Assembly (NCBI GenBank): GCA_964535555.1
Contig: CAZHUS010000006.1
Coordinates: 9,458 to 73,457, forward strand
DNA from: an uncultured Verrucomicrobiota bacterium
GTDB lineage: Bacteria; Verrucomicrobiota; Verrucomicrobiia; Limisphaerales; J093
Reading direction: 5' to 3'
DNA length: 64,000 nt
Shown: piece by piece, positions 25,470-34,883 of the stretch
Layout: every line of letters starts with the position of its first letter
Position numbering within the stretch: the stretch's first letter is position 1
Translations under genes and position numbers: made by a program
The notes under the pieces: model-generated
The model's input: the letters and a program-made list of their open reading frames with translations, nothing else
Told to the model about the DNA's origin: nothing
Databases searched by the model: none

Positions 25470-28231
25470 GCAAAGGTTCCTATCAGGGCCTCGCGTGCGG
25501 GGAGATCGTGCGATACGTGCTCCTGGAACACCATGGTGAATTCACAGAATTCGCCTTCCTGGCTCCGCACACTGATGCTCGCGCCCACTTCGTTCAACAG
25601 CCGGTAGCAGATGCTCAAACCGAGCCCGGTGCCTTGCCCTACTTCCTTGGTTGTGAAGAAGGGGTCGAAGATGCGCGCCTGGAGCGGGGCCGGGATTCCC
25701 GGGCCGTTGTCGCGGACGCGGACGATCTTCAAGCCGGGCTCGCGCTCCTCGACGGTGAGGGTGATCCGCGGCGGCCGGGCCTCGTGGGGGTGGGTTCGCA
25801 GGGCGTCCAGGGAGTTCTGAAGCAGGTTGACAAACACCTGGATGAGCTTGCTGTGGATGGCGGGGACGGTGAAGCCCTCGGGCACCTCGTTCTCCACCGC
25901 CACCCGCTCCTTCCACTCCGCCGCCAGGAACCGGAGCGCCGCCTCGATGGCGCGTCGCAACGGGACTTCCTCGATTTCACCCCCCTGCGGATGCGTGAAG
26001 GTCCGCAGGTCCGTGATGATGCCCGCCACCCGCCGCAGACCCTCCTGCACGTCGCGCAGCGTCTCCTCGTAATCGAGTCGGGCCTCCGGCGGTAGGTCGT
26101 CCGCGGTCCGCTCCATCAGGCCCAGCGCCGTGAGGGCGAAGTTCAAGGGGTTGTTGATCTCGTGGATGATGCCCGCGCTCATGCGACCCAAGGACGCCAT
26201 CTTCTCGGCCTGGACCAGTTGGGACTCGGTTTCGCGGAGTTGGTCGAGCGTGGCTTGCAGACGCCGATTCCGGCGCGACAGCTCCAGCTGCATCTGATGA
26301 CTGGCGCTGAGGCTTTTCACCCGGGCGCGCAGTTCGGCCAGCGAGAACGGCTTCGCGAGGAAATCGTTGGCCCCTGCCTCGAGCGCTCTCAGCTTCGTGA
26401 TGTCATCGGCACGCGCCGTCAGCATGAGCAGCGGGAGCGCGCGGGTCGCCGTCTGTGCCCGCAGCTCCCGGCAGACCGCGAGCCCGTCCTTCTCGGGCAG
26501 CATGAGATCGCAGACGATCACGTCGGGCAGGTACTGGGATGCGAGCGTGATGGCTTGGTCCCCGTCGCCGGCCTCCACGACTTCGTAGTCGCGGCTCAGC
26601 TCCGCTCTCAAGAACCGCACCATGTCGGGTTCATCGTCCACGACGAGCACCCGGGGGCGCTGACCGCGGCTGGGGGTGGCCGGGGGTGACCACACGGTGT
26701 CGCGCAGGGGCGTCACGCTCGCGAACCGCTCGGCCCGACGGTAGAGGTCACTTAACCAACCGGCGTTGACACCGGTCTCGGTGTCCGCCTGCGGCAGAGT
26801 CGGCGGGGGTGGAGCGCTGGCCGCAGGCACCAGGTCGGGCGATTCGGGCTGGAGTGCGGAGGCCTCGGCGACTTTCAGAGGCAGGCGCACGATCATGGTC
26901 GTTCCTTTCCCCAGTTCGCTGATCGCCTGAACCGAACCGCCGTGCGCCACGACGAGTTCCTTCACCAGCGCCAGGCCGAGGCCGACACCCTGGTACTTGC
27001 GCTGACTGGACGAGTCGGCCTGCCAGAAGCGGCTGAACAAGTAGGGCAGGTGCTCCGAGGCGATGCCGACCCCCGAGTCGATCACTTCAAAACGGGCCAT
27101 GTCGTCCTCCGCGCGCGCCGTGAGGCGGATGCTGCCGCCCGCGGCGGTGAACTTGATGGCGTTGAAGAGCAGGTTGAGGAAGACCTTCTCGAGTTTGTCG
27201 GCGTCGACGGACACCGTGCTCAAGGCCGGATCGACTTCGCACGACACCTGCAGACCGCGTTCTTCGGCCAGGCTGCGCACCGCGTTGAGGAGCCCCCGCA
27301 GAAACGTGTTCACCTGGACCGTCGACAGCTGCAGTCGCATCTGGCCGGCGTCCAGGCGGACCAGGTCCAGCAGGTCGTTGATCAGCTTGAGCAGGCGCAT
27401 CCCGTTGTCCCGCATCGTTTCGAGCGACTGGCGCAATTGCGGTTCGGACACGCCGCCTTGCGGTTGCAGCAACGCCTCCAACGGCCCGAGCAGGAGCGTC
27501 AGGGGCGTGCGAAGCTCATGGCTGATGTTGGCGAAGAAGCGCCCCTTGAGCTCATCGAGTTCTCGCAGCCGTTCGTAGCTGGTCTCGAGTTCCTTCTGGC
27601 TCCGCCGCAGCGCGAGGTTCGAGGCGAAATCCCGGAAGCGCAGCTTGTATTGAAGATCGCTGCCCACGGTCATGATGATGCCCGTGAGCACCATGAACCA
27701 CAGATTGCTGAAATAGGTGCCGCCATCGCCACCCGCCTGGCCGAGGCTGGCCGCAACATACAGGCCGATGAGGAGCAGGCAGGCCACCATGCTTTGGCGC
27801 CACGTCCATTGCGCCACCAGTGCCATGGCCAGCAGGATCAGGTTGAGCCCCGCGTAATAAGGCCACGCCGGGCCTTCCCGGAAGATGATCCAGCTCATGG
27901 CGAGGCCCGGAATCACTGCCAGCACGATGCCCAGTTCCCGGTAATAACGGATCCCGGTCCCGCTGCGGAACAAATGCAGCACCGGGAGGATCAGCAGCGA
28001 GCAAACCACCCGCACCCCGAAGTATTGTCCGAGGTTTTCCTCGTAAAGCAGGAAGTCCACGATCGATCCCAGCGGCAGGAGGACCATGATCAGGTAACAG
28101 CCCACCACCAGGCGTTGGCTGCCCTGCTTCCGCTCATGCTCCGCGAAGGCCGCCAGCATCTCGGGGTCCGCGGCCGATTGGGAGAGGCCCCAGTCGCGCT
28201 GCGGATTCAGAGGGTCAGAAGGAGATTCCAT
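25466..28231 (-). CDS. Multi-pass membrane hybrid histidine kinase with two transmitter modules (TM, HisKA/HATPase, REC, HisKA/HATPase)
   Basis: About 6 hydrophobic helices. First H box FFANISHELRTPL with GVGLGLALV. REC has VLVVDDEP and CDLMLPEKDG. Second H box SAGIIHEINNPLN with DNGPGIP and GTGLGLSI. Confidence 0.85.
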   Translation of the reverse strand: MESPSDPLNPQRDWGLSQSAADPEMLAAFAEHERKQGSQRLVVGCYLIMVLLPLGSIVDFLLYEENLGQYFGVRVVCSLLILPVLHLFRSGTGIRYYRELGIVLAVIPGLAMSWIIFREGPAWPYYAGLNLILLAMALVAQWTWRQSMVACLLLIGLYVAASLGQAGGDGGTYFSNLWFMVLTGIIMTVGSDLQYKLRFRDFASNLALRRSQKELETSYERLRELDELKGRFFANISHELRTPLTLLLGPLEALLQPQGGVSEPQLRQSLETMRDNGMRLLKLINDLLDLVRLDAGQMRLQLSTVQVNTFLRGLLNAVRSLAEERGLQVSCEVDPALSTVSVDADKLEKVFLNLLFNAIKFTAAGGSIRLTARAEDDMARFEVIDSGVGIASEHLPYLFSRFWQADSSSQRKYQGVGLGLALVKELVVAHGGSVQAISELGKGTTMIVRLPLKVAEASALQPESPDLVPAASAPPPPTLPQADTETGVNAGWLSDLYRRAERFASVTPLRDTVWSPPATPSRGQRPRVLVVDDEPDMVRFLRAELSRDYEVVEAGDGDQAITLASQYLPDVIVCDLMLPEKDGLAVCRELRAQTATRALPLLMLTARADDITKLRALEAGANDFLAKPFSLAELRARVKSLSASHQMQLELSRRNRRLQATLDQLRETESQLVQAEKMASLGRMSAGIIHEINNPLNFALTALGLMERTADDLPPEARLDYEETLRDVQEGLRRVAGIITDLRTFTHPQGGEIEEVPLRRAIEAALRFLAAEWKERVAVENEVPEGFTVPAIHSKLIQVFVNLLQNSLDALRTHPHEARPPRITLTVEEREPGLKIVRVRDNGPGIPAPLQARIFDPFFTTKEVGQGTGLGLSICYRLLNEVGASISVRSQEGEFCEFTMVFQEHVSHDLPAREALIGTFA

Positions 28232-28235
28232 GGCT

Positions 28236-29684
28236 TCAGCTCGCCGTCGGTTTCCGGACCTCCAGGAACAGATTCACACCGGTGGAATCAGCCTCGATGC
28301 GCCATTGCGGAGGCGGTTTTCCGGTGGGCACCAGACGCTTCATTTCCTCCGGGCTGCGACAGATGAGATGCCACTCGAGGATATAATCCATGGAATGGCG
28401 GAAGGGTTTCGCGGCGTCCACGTTCGTCACAATGACGACCCCGCCGGGGGCGAGCCAGGTGTAGAACAGCTCGGTCAACCTCTTGCACACGCGGTCGGAC
28501 ACGTAATCAAAAAGTCCCGCGCAATACACCAGGTCGTATCCCGCCCCATTGAGCGGCGCCTCCGGGCGCAACGACTCCTTCAGCAGTTGATTGACAGATT
28601 TCTCGGAGAAATCCAGCACCGCGCGACGTCCGTGCTGCCCTTGAATCTGCCGGAGGCATTGGGAGGCGAACTCGAGTGTCTCCCCGTTGAAGTCGAGCAG
28701 GCTGAGGTCGACCTGGTTCGAAAGGGTGTCCTCGGCCAGGAACAACTGGACCTCGCGGGCGGGCCCGCAGCCCAGGTTCAGGATTCGGGCCCGCCGGCCC
28801 AGTTGGGCGACACGCTGCGTTTCCTCGCGCAACCGGCGCCAGAGGTATTGAATCCGGTTCCGGTGGGCCTCGGCCGGGGGGTTCCGCAGGAAGACGACGT
28901 TCACCATTTTCGCGAACAACGTCGCGCCTTCGTGCGGATCCCGCAGGATCATGTTCACCATCTCATAGTCGCCCGCGTAGCCCAGCGGTTTATGATAGGT
29001 GCGGTACACGAAGGGCGAGCACATTACCAGGGGATGGATCTGCCGGCGCGCATAGGCCCGGTACGCCGGACGCAGGCCGTCTTCAATGCTCTCGGCCGCG
29101 GTGTCGAAACGTCCTGCCCATTCGTCGATCTCCGGCAGAATATGTCCTTCGAGCTCGGTCAGGACCTGACGTTCCATGTCCCGTCGGACGCCGGTGGGCT
29201 CGGAGCGTACGCCGAGTTCGACCTGATCCAACCAGCGCCGCACCTCCGAGAGCAGCATCTGGAAATCGGCCACCGCCACCTTGAACGCGTCGCTGATTCC
29301 CTGCATCTTCCGCCACTGACCCATGAAGGACTCGAACTCGCCCCGGAGGCGATCCGGTTGCGAGATGGGCGAGAAGATGTCGACATCCAGCCAGGACTCG
29401 TCGTCGAGGGTCACCTCGGCGAGCACCAGGATGCCGGCGTTCACGAGGTTGCTGACGACCGCCCGGCCGGCATAGACGCACCGGTCACCGATCGTGATGT
29501 GAAAATCCCCGAGGACTTCGGAAAGCTGGAGGATGCTGTGAGGGTTGTAGACCTCGAGGACCGCCGTGTACCGCGTTACCCGGACGGGCGTCGAGCGAAC
29601 CTCTCCTCCCTGGCTGTTGCGGCAGGTGATGAGGATATCGCGATTCTCGAACAGGGCGGAACCGATGGTTGCGTGCTGAGACAT
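28236..29684 (-). CDS. Class I SAM-dependent methyltransferase with large N-terminal domain, PhcB-like
   Basis: SAM motif I RILNLGCGPAREV and post-I/II elements (YDLVYCAGLFDY, LAPGGVVIVTN). About 300 aa lie N-terminal to it. Start trimmed to ATG 29684. 4-nt spacer to the downstream kinase gene. Confidence 0.7.
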   Translation of the reverse strand: MSQHATIGSALFENRDILITCRNSQGGEVRSTPVRVTRYTAVLEVYNPHSILQLSEVLGDFHITIGDRCVYAGRAVVSNLVNAGILVLAEVTLDDESWLDVDIFSPISQPDRLRGEFESFMGQWRKMQGISDAFKVAVADFQMLLSEVRRWLDQVELGVRSEPTGVRRDMERQVLTELEGHILPEIDEWAGRFDTAAESIEDGLRPAYRAYARRQIHPLVMCSPFVYRTYHKPLGYAGDYEMVNMILRDPHEGATLFAKMVNVVFLRNPPAEAHRNRIQYLWRRLREETQRVAQLGRRARILNLGCGPAREVQLFLAEDTLSNQVDLSLLDFNGETLEFASQCLRQIQGQHGRRAVLDFSEKSVNQLLKESLRPEAPLNGAGYDLVYCAGLFDYVSDRVCKRLTELFYTWLAPGGVVIVTNVDAAKPFRHSMDYILEWHLICRSPEEMKRLVPTGKPPPQWRIEADSTGVNLFLEVRKPTAS

Positions 29685-29914
29685 GCGTGGGCCGGCAACG
29701 CTGCGGTGCCTCAGAAGACCACCGACGGCACGTCGGGTGCAATACGTTTGTCGAGTACCGCGGCTAACGATCTTGCGTACGCACCTCCGCGGCCCCGGCG
29801 TCCTTCGCCTCGCCCCGGGCTGTGTTTGGTGTTGCGCCCTGCCGTGCGGGAGCGCGATTCTCGGGTTCAGGATCATGCCTCCCTCAGCACCCGTTCCAGA
29901 TTGAGTTCACGCTC

Positions 29915-31528
29915 ATGCCGGTCAGCCAAGCTCTAATGCGTGAAGCAGCGACGCCCGACGTCGTCCGGTCGCCGGACCCTCTGGCCCCGCGCCGGCCTCC
30001 GCCCTGGCCGGCCTTGCTTCACCTCGGAGATCGACTGGACAGCTTCCACGACTTCATTGTTCTGGTGGGTGCCCAGGGGCATCTCCTGTTCGCCAACCGA
30101 AGCTGGTGCCGCGCCGTCGGCTACGATCCTGCCGAGATCGGGGGCCTCCATTGTCACGACGTCTCCCCGCCCGAGCAGTGGAGTCTCTGGGATCGTTGCC
30201 TGGATCCAAACCACCCGCCGGGAGAGATCGGCTCGATACCCCTTTCGTGGCGCACCAAGTCAGGCCATATCCTCCCGGCCGAGGGCAGTCTCCATGTCTG
30301 TCCGGAGAACGGCTCCCCCGTCCGGTTGCTCGGCATCTTTCAGGATCTGTCTCAACTGGCGGGCGCCCAGGCGGCCCTGCGGGAGTCGGAAGCGGCTTAC
30401 CACGTCATCGAGACCCGGGCACCGGTCGGCATCTTCCAAACCGACATGCACGGCCGACTGGTCCGGACCAACAAGCGCTGGCGCCTGATTGCCAACCTGG
30501 ACCACGTGACCGAGCCCCGCGGTGTGTGGTGGCAAATGGTCGAACCCGGCGAGCGTGAACGCGTTCTGGCTGAATGGCGGTCCGCCCAGCGCCATCGACG
30601 GGAGTACCGCGGCGAGTTTCGAGTGAACGCCGGGGCCGACGTCGAGCGCTATGCCCGGACGATCCTGGTCCAGAGCTACGCCAAAGACGGCTTGCCGGGC
30701 TCCTGCATCGGCGTTTCCGAGGACGTGACCGAACAGCGTCGATTCGAAACGCAATTGCGGGACGCCCAGGAACAACTCGAGCGCCGTGTCCGGATCCGTA
30801 CCTCCCAGCTTGAGGCCGCCAACCGTGAACTGGCCCAGTTCGCCCACGTCGTCGCCCACGATCTCAAGGCTCCCCTCCGCGGCGTCAACAACGTCGCCGA
30901 GTGGCTCTCGCGGGATTACGAAGAGGTGCTGGACCCGAATGGCAAACGCCTGCTGAGCCTGATCCGGCAGCGCGTCCAGCACATGCACGACCTGATCGAG
31001 GGCATCCTGGCCTACACGCGCTTCGGTCAGGTTGCCGAAGCCGAAATCCACGTGGATCTCCAGGAACTGGTGACGCACGTGCTGAGCATCCTCGCGCCCT
31101 CGCCCGGAATCCTTTTCCGCATACCTCCTTCCCTGCCCACGGTACGGGGAGTGCCTGAGCGGTTGCGGCACATTTTCCAGAACCTCTTCGACAACGCCAT
31201 CAAGTTCATGGACAAGCCCCAGGGCCTGGTGACCCTGTCGGTGAAGCGTCTCCCCCAAGCCTGGGAGTTCGCCGTCCGCGACAATGGATCCGGCATTCCC
31301 GAGCGCTATCACCACCGGGTTTTCAAGATGTTCGAGCAGTTGCCGGGGCGGCGCAAAACCAGCGGAACGGGCATTGGCCTGGCGCTGGTCAAGCGCATCG
31401 TGGAGGCGCGGGGGGGTGAGGTCCGGCTGGACTCGACCGAGGGGGAAGGGGCGACGTTTACTTTTACCTGGCCGGATCTGGCGGTGAGCGAGGAAGGACA
31501 TCCGCTCGGATCGGACCCGGAGATTTAG
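29915..31528 (+). CDS. PAS-domain sensor histidine kinase
   Basis: Two PAS-like segments, H box FAHVVAHDLKAPLRG, N box NLFDNAIKF, and DNGSGIP / GTGIGLALV. Divergent from the methyltransferase operon. Confidence 0.85.
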   Translation: MPVSQALMREAATPDVVRSPDPLAPRRPPPWPALLHLGDRLDSFHDFIVLVGAQGHLLFANRSWCRAVGYDPAEIGGLHCHDVSPPEQWSLWDRCLDPNHPPGEIGSIPLSWRTKSGHILPAEGSLHVCPENGSPVRLLGIFQDLSQLAGAQAALRESEAAYHVIETRAPVGIFQTDMHGRLVRTNKRWRLIANLDHVTEPRGVWWQMVEPGERERVLAEWRSAQRHRREYRGEFRVNAGADVERYARTILVQSYAKDGLPGSCIGVSEDVTEQRRFETQLRDAQEQLERRVRIRTSQLEAANRELAQFAHVVAHDLKAPLRGVNNVAEWLSRDYEEVLDPNGKRLLSLIRQRVQHMHDLIEGILAYTRFGQVAEAEIHVDLQELVTHVLSILAPSPGILFRIPPSLPTVRGVPERLRHIFQNLFDNAIKFMDKPQGLVTLSVKRLPQAWEFAVRDNGSGIPERYHHRVFKMFEQLPGRRKTSGTGIGLALVKRIVEARGGEVRLDSTEGEGATFTFTWPDLAVSEEGHPLGSDPEI

Positions 31529-31597
31529 CGTCAGGCCGAGCATTGGTTGGGAAAAGTCCTTGACGAAACGGGTCAAGTGCTCGATTAAGGCTCTGGT

Positions 31598-31640
31598 TGT
31601 ACATACAATGTACAGACATTGCATGGTCGTTTGATGTACA
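31598..31640. promoter_or_regulatory. Three TGTACA palindromes, candidate toxin-antitoxin operator
   Basis: TGTACA at 31598-31603, 31609-31614 and 31635-31640. TTGTACAT (31597) and ATGTACAA (31634) are reverse complements. They lie directly upstream of, and overlap, the possible brnT starts. Confidence 0.35.
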
Positions 31641-31651
31641 ATCCGGGGCGT

Positions 31652-31936
31652 ATGGAGTTCGATTGGACCAATCCGCCGTTTGAAATGGCGGCACTGACGA
31701 CGCGGGACATCGAAGAGTCTTTCGAAGACCCGTTCGCCGTCCGGTTGCTCCCGGACTCGCCGCGCTTTTCGGTTCAGGCGCGGTTCTTTAATCTCGGCCG
31801 TTCGGCGGGGGGTCAGGGAGTCCTGAGCCTTTACCGGGCGAACGGGAAAACGCTTCGGGTCATTTTCGCGCGTCCGTTCACGCCGGAGGAAGAGTTCTTC
31901 CATCAGCGCAAAGTGAACCAGATGTTGGCGCAGTAA
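31652..31936 (+). CDS. brnT: BrnT-like (DUF497) toxin
   Basis: MEFDW start and RVIFARPFTPEEEFFHQRK tail fit the BrnT pattern. The in-frame TTG 31619 and ATG 31634 are alternative starts. Confidence 0.6.
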   Translation: MEFDWTNPPFEMAALTTRDIEESFEDPFAVRLLPDSPRFSVQARFFNLGRSAGGQGVLSLYRANGKTLRVIFARPFTPEEEFFHQRKVNQMLAQ

Positions 31937-31986
31937 ATGCAGCCGACAATACACAGACCGGCATCGGTGGCGCGCCCAGAGCGGCC

Positions 31987-32262
31987 ATGAATGTCCTCAC
32001 CAGTTGGGACGAGGTGCCGCTGTTTGACAACGAGGAAGCCGAGGCGGCTTACTGGGCGGACTGCCGGGTGGATTTGCGGCTCATGGAAGCCGCGGTGGTG
32101 GCGGGTTCGGAAACGAGCGAGTCGGTGACGATTACGCTTCGCATGGACCCGCGGATGTTGGCGAAGATAAAGCGCTTGGCGCGCTCCCGGTATTTGAATT
32201 ACCAGAGCATGATCAAGCAGTGGCTGAGTGAGCGAATGGAACAGGAAGCACGGGACCGGTAG
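31987..32262 (+). CDS. brnA: BrnA-like antitoxin (CopG/RHH-type C-terminus)
   Basis: 91 aa. VTITLRMDPRMLAKIKRLARSRYLNYQSMIKQWLSERM matches the BrnA-type C-terminal pattern. Located 50 nt downstream of brnT. Confidence 0.6.
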   Translation: MNVLTSWDEVPLFDNEEAEAAYWADCRVDLRLMEAAVVAGSETSESVTITLRMDPRMLAKIKRLARSRYLNYQSMIKQWLSERMEQEARDR

Positions 32263-32295
32263 CGCGATCGAGGCTCCGGCAGCATACAAACGCGA

Positions 32296-33048
32296 ATGAA
32301 CTTGCACGAGCACACACGGCCGGGGTTCGCGTGGCACCGCTCACGCGCCCGCGCCCGACTCAGGGCATTCACCCTCATCGAACTGCTCACGGTCATCTCT
32401 ATCATCGCCCTGCTGGCAACCATCGGTGCCGCCCTGTCCGGCGTCGCGATCCGAAAGGCCCGGGAATCACGGATCCGGGCGGAGCAGGGGAAGCTGGTGA
32501 CGGGCATCGAGCATTACAAGGCCGAGTTGGGCCAATACCCGCCTGACAACTCGCGGAACGGGGTCAACCGGGATCCGGCCATCCACCCGCTTTACTATGA
32601 GCTCTTGGGGACCGTTTCGAGTGATCAAGGCCGTCTCTACCGCGACCCGGACACCACCGAGCAGGTAACGGCGGCCGCCATCGGCAACGCCTTCGGCGGG
32701 GCTGGCGGCTTCGTGAATTCCGTCGTGGCCCCGGCCAAGCCACGGAGTTTTCTGAAGGGACTCGACCAGCGGCAGCACCGGCGGGTTCGCCTCAGCTCGG
32801 GCGCGGAAATCGAGCTGCTGACGGTTTCGGGTCAGGACTGGCCCACGAAGAACAGCGTGCAGACCGGCCAGGCTCCGCTGGCCGGCAGGGTCGCGGACGC
32901 CAAGTTGCTGAGCGTCAACCCGTGGCATTACGTGGCGACGCGCCCCACCAACAACCCGGGTTCGTTTGATCTCTGGGCCCTGCTTCCGTCCGGCAGGGTG
33001 GTCAACGGCACCAACGAGTACCGCATCCTCGGGAACTGGAAGGAATGA
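32296..33048 (+). CDS. GspG-like major pseudopilin paralog 1 (250 aa)
   Basis: RAFTLIELLTVISIIALLATIGAAL prepilin motif, then ...RAEQGKLVTGIEHYKAELGQYPPDN in a GspG-like arrangement. Confidence 0.75.
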   Translation: MNLHEHTRPGFAWHRSRARARLRAFTLIELLTVISIIALLATIGAALSGVAIRKARESRIRAEQGKLVTGIEHYKAELGQYPPDNSRNGVNRDPAIHPLYYELLGTVSSDQGRLYRDPDTTEQVTAAAIGNAFGGAGGFVNSVVAPAKPRSFLKGLDQRQHRRVRLSSGAEIELLTVSGQDWPTKNSVQTGQAPLAGRVADAKLLSVNPWHYVATRPTNNPGSFDLWALLPSGRVVNGTNEYRILGNWKE

Positions 33049-33082
33049 TCTCTCCCCACCATCCGACGCCACTTCTGTGACC

Positions 33083-33928
33083 ATGAAACTACGTCCTCTC
33101 AACCCTGCCAGGAGCCATCGCGGCTTCACGCTGATCGAACTGTTGACCGTGATCGCCATTATTGGCGTGCTGGCCGGCATGATCCTCCCGGCACTCTCGG
33201 GGGCCAAGGCCAAGGCCAAGGTCGCGCTGGCCCGGAACGACATCACCATCCTCCTGGGCGCCATCAATGACTACCATGCCACCTACAACCGGATGCCCGC
33301 GTCCCAACGGACTCGGAACAGCATCACGGACCGGTGTCCTGATTTCACGTTCGGTACGGCTCAGCGTTCCGGCAACTCCGCCAGCCCGACCCTCACCGGC
33401 GGACGTGGCGAGTCGCTCGTCCCCATCGGCAACACCGGGAACGCGGGCAACTGGCAAGCCAACAACTCTGAACTGGTCGCGATCCTCTCCGCGCGTGATC
33501 GCATGGACGATCAGACCGTGACGGTCAACCGGGACCATAATCTCAACCCCCAAAAGAAGAACTTCCTCGACGGGATCAAGCAGAAGAGCTTCGTGAAAGC
33601 CGGGGTCCCCGGGGTCGGCGGGATCACCCCGGACCTCGTCATGCGGGACCCGTGGGGACGGCCCTATCTCGTTACCATTGACCTGAATTTCGATGGCAAG
33701 TGCCGCGACGCGCTGTACCGCATGCAGGCCGTCTCCCAGCAGACGGGGGACAGCGGTCTCAACGGCACGTCGCGCGGGGCGCCGGTGGGACCGGATGATG
33801 TCGGGGGAGACCGGTTCGAGGTTCGCGCCACCGCGATTGCGTGGTCCCTGGGACCCGACGGGGCGGCAACCGCCGATCAAAAGGCGAACTTCGGCGTGAA
33901 TAAAGACAACATCCTGAGCTGGAAGTAA
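33083..33928 (+). CDS. GspG-like major pseudopilin paralog 2 (281 aa)
   Basis: MKLRPLNPARSHRGFTLIELLTVIAIIGVLAGMILPALSGAKAKAK...DITILLGAINDYHATYNRMP. Start trimmed to ATG 33083. Confidence 0.75.
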   Translation: MKLRPLNPARSHRGFTLIELLTVIAIIGVLAGMILPALSGAKAKAKVALARNDITILLGAINDYHATYNRMPASQRTRNSITDRCPDFTFGTAQRSGNSASPTLTGGRGESLVPIGNTGNAGNWQANNSELVAILSARDRMDDQTVTVNRDHNLNPQKKNFLDGIKQKSFVKAGVPGVGGITPDLVMRDPWGRPYLVTIDLNFDGKCRDALYRMQAVSQQTGDSGLNGTSRGAPVGPDDVGGDRFEVRATAIAWSLGPDGAATADQKANFGVNKDNILSWK

Positions 33929-33938
33929 GCCGGGCCTT

Positions 33939-34883
33939 GTGTTCATGAAGGCGAGACCCAACAACATGCTGAAAGCGCGCGTGTCGCCGAATCCGGGAGG
34001 GGCACGTCGCGGGGCGGGGGTCCGCTTGAACGGTTCCGGCGTCCAGCCTGAGAGCAGCCAGGCCCGTCCGGGCGGCGGGTTCACGTTGCTGGAAATGCTG
34101 GTGGTGGTCGCGATTGTCGGTCTGCTCGCCGCGGCCAGCCTGCCGGCCATCCGGGCGTTGACCCAGACGAACACGGTGGCCGCGGGGCATCGTCAGTTCC
34201 TGGACGATTTGGCCTTGGCCCGCCACCAGGCCATCAGTGGCCGGCGCATCGTGTATCTGGTTCTGGTGCCGCCCACGATGCGAACGCACTTCAACACGAT
34301 CCGGAATGCCGACGTGCGGCTCTACCCGGCCGCCGTCAAGGATGCTTCGCTGCGCCAGTTGACCAACCTCGTCAACGGCCAATTCACGGCGTACGCCTTG
34401 TTCACCCGGCGCTCCGTGGGGGACCAACCCGGTCGTGAACGGCCGCGCTACTTGAGCGATTGGAACCAACTGCCGGACGGCATGCTCTTTGGAACGAATG
34501 TCTTCGAGGATCTCGGGGCGGCGTGGTTCAATGTGGCCGGTCTCACCAACCGGGTCAGCCGTCCGCTTCCCTTCGGGTGGTTTCCGTTTCCACTCGCCGA
34601 CAGCCCCGAGATGCGCCTGCCCTACATCGCCTTCGATTCGACGGGGCGCATGTTCTACGACGGCGGCGTGGTGCCCGCCCGCCCGGGCGAGTCGGTTCCG
34701 CTCCTGCGCGGGAGTGTCTTTTACGAGAAGGACGCCGAGCAGCGTTATCGCCTGGGCATGCCTCCCGATGTGGTCATCACGGAACAATCGCGGACGAATC
34801 AAATGGTGGTGCGCGTGGAGTGGCTCACCGGCCGCGCGAGAGTCATCAGGCCGTGGGAACAAACCGTCGCGTGGCAACAATGA
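33939..34883 (+). CDS. GspH/FimT-like minor pseudopilin (up to 314 aa)
   Basis: GGGFTLLEMLVVVAIVGLLAAASLPAI then HRQFLDDLALARHQAISGRR, a GspH-like pattern. Start is ambiguous (GTG 33939, ATG 33945, ATG 33966, or an in-frame TTG 18 codons before the motif). Confidence 0.65.
   Translation: MFMKARPNNMLKARVSPNPGGARRGAGVRLNGSGVQPESSQARPGGGFTLLEMLVVVAIVGLLAAASLPAIRALTQTNTVAAGHRQFLDDLALARHQAISGRRIVYLVLVPPTMRTHFNTIRNADVRLYPAAVKDASLRQLTNLVNGQFTAYALFTRRSVGDQPGRERPRYLSDWNQLPDGMLFGTNVFEDLGAAWFNVAGLTNRVSRPLPFGWFPFPLADSPEMRLPYIAFDSTGRMFYDGGVVPARPGESVPLLRGSVFYEKDAEQRYRLGMPPDVVITEQSRTNQMVVRVEWLTGRARVIRPWEQTVAWQQ

Noticed and set aside
26942-29936. Plus-strand ORFs 26942..28366 (474 aa) and 28230..29936 (568 aa).
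   Set aside because: They are shadows of the hybrid kinase and methyltransferase genes and contain no motifs.
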